Source of the DNA: Alphaproteobacteria bacterium
GTDB taxonomy: Bacteria > Pseudomonadota > Alphaproteobacteria > UBA8366 > GCA-2717185
Assembly: GCA_040905865.1 (NCBI GenBank)
Contig: JBBDQU010000085.1
Location: forward strand, 48,295-112,294
Reading direction: 5' to 3'
Length of the DNA stretch: 64,000 nt
The position numbers and the translations under genes were made by a program. This document shows, one piece after another, positions 58,913 through 64,000 of this stretch (the first letter of the stretch is position 1; every line of letters starts with the position of its first letter). The notes under the pieces were generated by a model. The model did not search any database. It had not been told where the DNA came from and saw only the letters and a list, made by a program, of their open reading frames with translations.

Positions 58913-59854
58913 ATGAGCCTATCCGTCGCCATTCAGATGGACCCGGTCGAGAAAATCGACATCAACGGGGACAGCAGCTTCGTGCTGGGGCTCGAGGCGC
59001 AGAAGCGCGGCCATGACCTGTACTATTACCTGCCCAGCGACCTGACCTTCCGCGACGGCAGGGTCACGGCGCGCGGCCAGCGGCTGACCCTGCGCCGCGA
59101 ATCCGGCAACCATTTCGAGACCGGGCCCCGCGTCCTGATGGACCTGTCGACGATGGACGTCATCCTCATGCGCCAGGACCCGCCCTTCGACATGGCCTAC
59201 ATCACCGCCACCCATGTGCTGGAGCATATCCACCCCAAAACGCTGGTCGTGAACGACCCGACCCATGTGCGCAACGCGCCGGAAAAGATTTTCGTGACCC
59301 GCTTTCCGGAGCTGATGCCGCCGACGCTGATCACGTCGAGCCGCGAGGAAATCCTGGCGTTCCGCGCCGAGCACAAGGACATCATCGTCAAGCCGCTCTA
59401 CGGCAATGGCGGCGCCGGCGTTTTCCATATCACGCCCGGCGACGAAAACCTGGCGTCGCTGCTGGAAGTATTTACCGGCATCTACCGCGAACCGATCATC
59501 GTGCAGCGCTACCTGCCGGAAGTCCGCGCCGGCGACAAGCGGATCATCCTGATCGACGGCAAGGCGATGGGCGCGACAAACCGCATTCCGCCGGTCGGGG
59601 AGGCGCGGTCCAACATGCATGTGGGCGGCAGGCCGGCGCCGACCACGCTGACCCGGCGGGAAGAGGAAATCTGCGAGGCCATCGGCCCGACCTTGAAGGA
59701 AAACGGGCTGATCTTCGTCGGGATCGATGTGATCGGGGATTACCTGACGGAAATCAACGTCACCTCCCCGACGGGGCTGCAGGAAGTCAATCGCTTCAAC
59801 AATGTCTGCCTGGAGGCGGATATCTGGAACGCGATCGAGGCGCGCCTGCCCTGA
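58913..59854 (+). CDS. gshB: Glutathione synthase
   Basis: ..[10 protein letters not shown]...T..LE.., ..VKPL.G.GG.G.F.., ..R.ILIDG.. and ..EINVTSPTG.. (ATP-grasp GshB). Confidence 0.95.
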   Translation: MSLSVAIQMDPVEKIDINGDSSFVLGLEAQKRGHDLYYYLPSDLTFRDGRVTARGQRLTLRRESGNHFETGPRVLMDLSTMDVILMRQDPPFDMAYITATHVLEHIHPKTLVVNDPTHVRNAPEKIFVTRFPELMPPTLITSSREEILAFRAEHKDIIVKPLYGNGGAGVFHITPGDENLASLLEVFTGIYREPIIVQRYLPEVRAGDKRIILIDGKAMGATNRIPPVGEARSNMHVGGRPAPTTLTRREEEICEAIGPTLKENGLIFVGIDVIGDYLTEINVTSPTGLQEVNRFNNVCLEADIWNAIEARLP

Positions 59855-59861
59855 CCCGCTA

Positions 59862-59873
59862 CCGGGAATTGTG
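59862..59873. repeat. Left copy of 12-bp imperfect direct repeat flanking the islet (CCGGGAATTGTG)
   Basis: 11/12 identical to CCGGAAATTGTG at 61929-61940. It lies 8 nt after the gshB stop. Confidence 0.4.
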
Positions 59874-59944
59874 CGGCATTATATATCGAGCACATAACCG
59901 AACTGATTGCCGATGCCGAAGCCCTGGAAGCGGCTCTCCGCGTC

Positions 59945-60313
59945 ATGGACTCCGACATGACGATACCGCACAACAGCAAGGTGAAGTTCCAGAACAAGCT
60001 GGACTCGCACAAACACGAAATGTCCCGGTACATCGTAAGCTTCATGCGCCAGCAGGCCGGGACTGCAACGTCTCAGGATATCGCCCTCGCCTTCATGGCG
60101 GATCGCGGCCAGAGCCGGAACAACCCGAAAGAAGTCGCGGATATGAAAAAGCGGGTAGGCTATGCCCTTACGCGGCTGGGCCGGAAAGGGCTGATCCGGC
60201 AGGCGTCAAAGGATTCGGGCGGGTTCTGGAATTGGGGGGGGTTGTGCGTTAATGGATCCAATTCCAGCCTAACGAGTAAATGCCTACCCCAAGCCCAACA
60301 ACGCCTATTATAA
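59945..60313 (+). CDS. Small winged-helix-like ORF, probably a gene remnant
   Basis: ..TSQDIALAFMADRG...KKRVGYALTRLGRKGLIRQ resembles a wHTH. The frame is open, without a start codon, back to the gshB stop. The 3' end reads across a G8 tract (60234-60241) into low-GC DNA antisense to the next gene. Confidence 0.3.
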   Translation: MDSDMTIPHNSKVKFQNKLDSHKHEMSRYIVSFMRQQAGTATSQDIALAFMADRGQSRNNPKEVADMKKRVGYALTRLGRKGLIRQASKDSGGFWNWGGLCVNGSNSSLTSKCLPQAQQRLL

Positions 60314-60881
60314 TTCCACCCCATCCAAAGATGTCATTTCGTCTCGTGGTGGATCGTTGTTGGCCTGCAAGTTTCTCCATAAGGGGTTCTGACGACTTAA
60401 ATTTTTTATATAATTCGAGAATTTTCGGGAACTCGCCCTGCTCTATCGAGTGGTAGATTTTATCCCTATTCTCGCGGTCAGACCGGGAGTCCGCGATAAG
60501 ATCAGATAATTTAGTAAGCTTTAGGAGCAATTCAGGAAAATCTGGAAATGCCTTTAGAACAGGATCATATCCGAGATACTCAGGAACTGAATTGATTGTA
60601 ATGATGAACCCTGCGGAAGCAGCGTCTATCGCATCATGCCGCGCACGGAGGCAATTAAAATACGCATCATTCAAAAGCTTGCAAATATCTTCCTGTTCGC
60701 CGCCCGTGGCGAGCTTCTCAAGGGCCTCTATTAATCGCCGCCCCGCGTACCGTAGTTCTAAAATACTTGGCTGGATTGGCTCATTAATCGCCAATTCTGC
60801 GTCTTTTATGGTTCGTTCAGCTTGATTCCATTCCGCACGGATAGACGCAAGAATGTCTGCGTATGGGCTCAGGTCGGGCAT
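60249..60881 (-). CDS. Hypothetical protein with helical N-domain and C-terminal TM helix (low-GC cassette gene 2)
   Basis: 210 aa from ATG 60881. The C-terminal IFGWGGIIIGVVGLGVGIYSLGWNW is a predicted TM anchor. Local G+C is about 37-45% by hand count of sample lines. No motif recognised. Confidence 0.6.
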   Translation of the reverse strand: MPDLSPYADILASIRAEWNQAERTIKDAELAINEPIQPSILELRYAGRRLIEALEKLATGGEQEDICKLLNDAYFNCLRARHDAIDAASAGFIITINSVPEYLGYDPVLKAFPDFPELLLKLTKLSDLIADSRSDRENRDKIYHSIEQGEFPKILELYKKFKSSEPLMEKLAGQQRSTTRRNDIFGWGGIIIGVVGLGVGIYSLGWNWIH

Positions 60882-60899
60882 AATGGGCGGCCCCAAAAA

Positions 60900-61127
60900 T
60901 TACTTCGCCGCCCACTTAGTCAATTCAGCCAAACTCCTCCGACTTTTCTTATTTAAACGATCAAGACCCTCTTTCGTGAGCATCTTTCCATTTTGAGTTG
61001 ATACATTTCCGCGCGAAAAACGAGAAAACACCAACCTAAAGATACTCTCCTTAAATTTCCTGTACCCTTCAACGTCGGGCTGCTCTTGCTTTTTTCTAGG
61101 ATTCGTCAACATCATAGCTGCAACCAT
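60900..61127 (-). CDS. Small basic hypothetical protein (low-GC cassette gene 1)
   Basis: 75 aa from ATG 61127, preceded by GGAAGG 7 nt upstream. Lys/Arg-rich. Its stop lies 18 nt before the ATG of the next gene. The ORF track extends to the TTG at 61193. Confidence 0.5.
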   Translation of the reverse strand: MVAAMMLTNPRKKQEQPDVEGYRKFKESIFRLVFSRFSRGNVSTQNGKMLTKEGLDRLNKKSRRSLAELTKWAAK

Positions 61128-61394
61128 AATTTCGCCTTCCCCCAAGCGGGCAACAAAGCCGCGCCGCATAACCCAAGCAAACGCGTGAGTCAAGTAATAT
61201 ATGATTCAACCTTAGCCATTACAGCCCTTGACAAGAGCGCCGTCAATGCCGCTAGCGGGGATAATGTGATTAAAGCGATCTATTTTTTATTATACACAAC
61301 ATATTGTTGCAAATATGTCACGATCCAAGCGTTTGACTAAGGAATAGCGGTATCATGTACTAAGTTTGCTGAGATACATCTAGATGTAGTTGGT

Positions 61395-61847
61395 CTAGTG
61401 ATTCGGTTTCCAGCCATGTTGCCAGTACCCCTTCCAGTCCCGCGAAACCGGATGCGCCAGCGCGGCGGCAACGGCCAGCCCGTACTGCTCGCCATTCGAT
61501 ACCCGGCGATGATCTTCGCGCCACGCCATTTCGTAGGCGTACTGTTGCAGGTACTTGCCAAAAATATGGTGATGCGTGCCGACTTCGGCGCGGCGCAGGC
61601 GGGAGAAATAGCTTTCGGCCTGGTTGGTACAGGCGTCTTCGTCCTTGAACGGGACACTGTGGTTGACGCGGTGCATGGCGTACCGGGCGTGCAGGTCATC
61701 CCAGCTTGATGCTTCGTCCGCATAGACCGTGCTGCCGGGCTCTACACGCTGCTGGATTGTGGCCAGTGACGCTGCCTCGCTCTTGAACACGAAAGGCAGT
61801 GTGCGGCCCTGGGGTACGTCCTTGAAAAGTGTCAAAGCTACGAACAT
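61395..61847 (-). pseudogene. IS1595-family (ISXO2-like DDE) transposase, N-terminally truncated remnant
   Basis: ..STVYADEASSWDDLH..Y.MHRVNHS.....DACTNQAESYFSRLRR...G.HHH....YL..YA.E.AWRED.RR..NG matches the C-terminal half of IS1595-type transposases. Only ~150 aa are present, versus about 300 aa or more expected. Confidence 0.75.
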
Positions 61848-61928
61848 AGCGATGACTTACACGCATAAATCAGCGTCCTGCCGCTCTCTGGCAGTCCGCA
61901 GGAAGGCCTGGTGCATTTCCTATGAATG

Positions 61929-61940
61929 CCGGAAATTGTG
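61929..61940. repeat. Right copy of 12-bp imperfect direct repeat flanking the islet (CCGGAAATTGTG)
   Basis: 11/12 identical to 59862-59873. It abuts the stop codon of the 61941-63038 gene. Confidence 0.4.
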
Positions 61941-63038
61941 TCAGATTTCGAAGTCGAACAGGGATTTCTGCAGCATTCCCGCCAGCCCCTGCGTGCCGTA
62001 GCTCAGCGAATCGGTCAGGGACCGCTCGAACAGGATCTGCCGCTTCTGTTCCTCCAGGGAGAAGCGCCGCTCATTGGCGAATTTCTCCGCCTCGATGCGG
62101 GCGGCGACGCCCTTGTTTTCCTCGATCTGGCCCTCGCTGAATTTCAGCGCGACCTCGGCCCGGGTCTGTTGCGATTCGAACATGGTGATATTGAAGCGCA
62201 GGCTGGACAGCGCACTTGAGATATCCTCCAGCGCGGTGGCGCGCAGGGTTTCATCCTCGAAGCCGCCGTAGAAATAGGAATGCAGGAGGCCGACTCCCTT
62301 GCGCTCCAGCGTGCCCTCCAGGATCGGCGCGCCTTCGCCCTCGCGGGTAATCGAGACGGCGCCCGTCGTGCTGTCATAGGCCACGGTATCGGTGCTTTGC
62401 AGCAGGGTGCCGGTGTCGTTCGCGTCCGGCGGCGGAAACTGGATGAGCGTGGAGCCGAAAATATTGGGCATGAAGACATTGCCGCCGCCATCCGTGATCA
62501 CGTAATCGGCGCCCAGGAAATTGCCCTGGTAGGTCGTGGTGGCAAACGATTTCGGCTTGATCGGAACGGACAGGTCGTTGGCGTCGAAGATGTCGCGGAT
62601 GCTGGAACCGATCAGGTTCGTGCCAAGATGGCCCGCGCCCTTGGCCCTCAGATTGTACTGGCCGACCAGCTGGTCGAATTTCTTGGCGAATTCGCGCCGG
62701 GTTTCATCCGTGGTTTCGGGGTTCTGCGCCTTCACGATCAGTTCGCGGGCTTCGAGCAGCAGGGTCTTCATTTCGCCCAGCCGCTCGGTCGTCTTCTCCA
62801 GCGTCTTGACCGCGCGCTTCTGCTTTATCGTCAGCTTGGTGAACCCCTCCACAACGCGGACCGATTCCCGGGCCCGCGCCTCGAGCGCCGACTGGTTGCG
62901 GGATTCCACCGGGCCGGCGGGCCCGCTGTTGCGCCCCGCCAGCGCGACCTGGACCGTCCGCGCGGACGCGGCCTGGCCGATCGACGTGAACAGCGACGCG
63001 TTCAGCTGCTGGATCGAGTTGTTGAAGAAAAAGTCCAT
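61941..63038 (-). CDS. Orphan flagellin/hook-associated-protein-like coiled-coil protein
   Basis: The N-terminal segment ..LGEMKTLLLEARELIVKAQNPETTDETRREFAKKFDQLVGQYN..G..LIG resembles the flagellin ND1 pattern (L.R.REL.VQA.N.T....R.....EF.QL..EI...FNG..LL.G). The C-terminal segment ..ALEDISSAL..LR......Q.R.E......I.EN...ARIE...FA.E...L...QIL resembles the CD1/CD0 pattern. Confidence 0.45.
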   Translation of the reverse strand: MDFFFNNSIQQLNASLFTSIGQAASARTVQVALAGRNSGPAGPVESRNQSALEARARESVRVVEGFTKLTIKQKRAVKTLEKTTERLGEMKTLLLEARELIVKAQNPETTDETRREFAKKFDQLVGQYNLRAKGAGHLGTNLIGSSIRDIFDANDLSVPIKPKSFATTTYQGNFLGADYVITDGGGNVFMPNIFGSTLIQFPPPDANDTGTLLQSTDTVAYDSTTGAVSITREGEGAPILEGTLERKGVGLLHSYFYGGFEDETLRATALEDISSALSSLRFNITMFESQQTRAEVALKFSEGQIEENKGVAARIEAEKFANERRFSLEEQKRQILFERSLTDSLSYGTQGLAGMLQKSLFDFEI

Positions 63039-63459
63039 CCGACTCCGTCCGGTTCCTGTCAGGATAACGCGATTTCGTTAACAAATCCTGGCGCGGCCCG
63101 CCGGCGCCGCCGTGTTATCCGCCCTGTACGCAGCAAGAATCATGCCCCGGCGGATTGCCGGAAAACCGGGTCTTTGCCGCGGATTCCACGGGCCCGCGCG
63201 GTCGACGGGCGCAATCGACCCGGCAAATTCTGCCGGAAGGGGCAAATCCTGCCGGGCAATTCCGTCCGCGCCGTGTCGTCTTGCCGCCGGAACGAACGCG
63301 CCGGGCGCTGTACGGACCGGACGCGAATGACGTAACCTGCCCCCGTCCACCGCGACCCGGACAGCCGGCGCGCCGTGCGGGCCACCGCGTGGCTGAAAAA
63401 GGCGGCGCTGGCGACGCGGACGAAACCGTATCTCACCGGCACAGCGCAAGGATTTCACC

Positions 63460-64000
63460 ATGGTCGATCTGAAAAACGAACTGGATGGCAAGGTCGCCAT
63501 CGTCACCGGCAGCGCCCGCAATATCGGCCGCGTCACGGCGGAGGAACTGGCCCGCGCCGGCGCCGCCGTCGTCATCAACGCGGTGCAGGCGAAGGATTTG
63601 TGCGAGGAAGTGGCGGCCGGCATCCGCGCATCGGGCGGCCGGGCCATCGCGGTCATGGCCGACTGCCGCAAGCCGGACGATATCGAACGCATGGCGCAGG
63701 CGGCAATCGGCGAATTCGGCGGTATCGATATCCTGGTGCACAACGCCGCGACGCGGAACCCGAAATCCTTCGACGACCTGACGCGCGAGGATTTCCAGCA
63801 GGTCATCGACCTGTCGATCCTCGGCTGTTTCCACCTGGCGCGGGCCACCGTGCCCTCGATGCGCCAGCGCGGCGGCGGCGCGATCATCGGCGTCGGCGGG
63901 CTGAATTCGTATACCGGGCAGAAGGGGCGGTCGCACCTGATGGTCGCGAAGGCCGGGCTGAACATGTATATCCGCGGCCTCGCGCTCGACCTCGCAGCCG
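63460..64000 (+). CDS. Short-chain dehydrogenase/reductase family protein, 3' end outside window
   Basis: My own translation from ATG 63460 gives MVDLKNELDGKVAIVTGSARNIGR... (TGxxxxIG), ..DILVHNAA.. and ..MVAKAGL... It is not in the ORF track because there is no stop before the window end. Confidence 0.8.
   Translation, partial: MVDLKNELDGKVAIVTGSARNIGRVTAEELARAGAAVVINAVQAKDLCEEVAAGIRASGGRAIAVMADCRKPDDIERMAQAAIGEFGGIDILVHNAATRNPKSFDDLTREDFQQVIDLSILGCFHLARATVPSMRQRGGGAIIGVGGLNSYTGQKGRSHLMVAKAGLNMYIRGLALDLAA

Noticed and set aside
61229-61262. TTGACA ... GATAAT on the + strand in the AT-rich islet spacer looks like a sigma-70 promoter.
   Set aside because: The spacing between the hexamers is about 26 nt, far from 17 +/- 1, and there is no + strand gene downstream. 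This is AT-rich DNA producing chance hexamers.
63078-63965. A 295-aa minus-strand ORF covers the 63.1-63.9 kb region.
   Set aside because: It overlaps the + strand SDR gene, which has clear TGxxxxIG/NAA motifs. Its own product is Ala/Arg/Pro-rich without motifs.
1-64000. I scanned the whole window for tRNA, rRNA, tmRNA, CRISPR arrays, integrase or recombinase genes and phage structural genes.
   Set aside because: None was recognised by eye in any spacer or ORF translation. The spacers are short apart from those discussed. tRNAscan-SE, Infernal and minCED would be needed to exclude small RNAs formally.

Overview
This is a 64-kb, high-G+C chromosomal segment (about 65% by eye, not computed). 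Its housekeeping synteny looks alphaproteobacterial: hrcA-grpE divergent from rph-rdgB-hemW, dnaK-dnaJ, and an LpoA-like gene divergent from rsmI-yraN-BON. I cannot name the species. The window is almost fully coding, with about 60 genes. (1) 0-1.2 kb holds an ArsC-family fragment and nudC. (2) 1.4-17.7 kb is a large hopanoid locus built as two convergent arms. The + arm is mlaA, hpnM divergent from hpnN, a LicC-like nucleotidyltransferase, hpnL, ispH and hpnH. The - arm is a PhyH-type dioxygenase, then hpnB-hpnC-hpnD-hpnE-shc-hpnG. (3) 17.9-19.5 kb is an orphan PAS histidine kinase. (4) 19.6-39.1 kb is my best candidate for an undescribed system. An 11-gene, tightly translationally coupled + strand array (4 glycosyltransferases, histidine phosphatase, deacetylase-like protein, small membrane protein, Yej-like ABC importer) is flanked on both sides by minus-strand operons. 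The left operon encodes an atypical ABC exporter with a degenerate, greatly expanded NBD, a stand-alone cNMP-binding protein and a methyltransferase-like protein. The right operon encodes an MBL-fold hydrolase, a methyltransferase and a membrane class III nucleotide cyclase. (5) 39.5-41.0 kb is a split, paralogous permease pair with a 195-bp MITE-like insertion (18-bp perfect TIRs, 8-bp direct flanks) in its upstream region. (6) 41-45.7 kb holds miscellaneous genes: an ApbA-like oxidoreductase, a TauD-like dioxygenase, an amidase and an NTF2-like protein. (7) 45.7-52 kb is the heat-shock block (dnaJ, dnaK, DUF1848, grpE, hrcA). (8) 52-59.9 kb is housekeeping (rph, rdgB, hemW, LpoA-like, rsmI, yraN, BON lipoprotein, SirB1-like, gshB). 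(9) 59.86-61.94 kb is a ~2-kb mosaic islet flanked by an 11/12 direct repeat. It contains a low-GC two-gene cassette of unknown function and an N-terminally truncated IS1595-family transposase. (10) 61.9-64 kb holds an orphan flagellin-like gene and a 3'-truncated SDR. I recognised no rRNA, tRNA or CRISPR array. All homology statements rest on motif recognition in the supplied translations, not on database searches.
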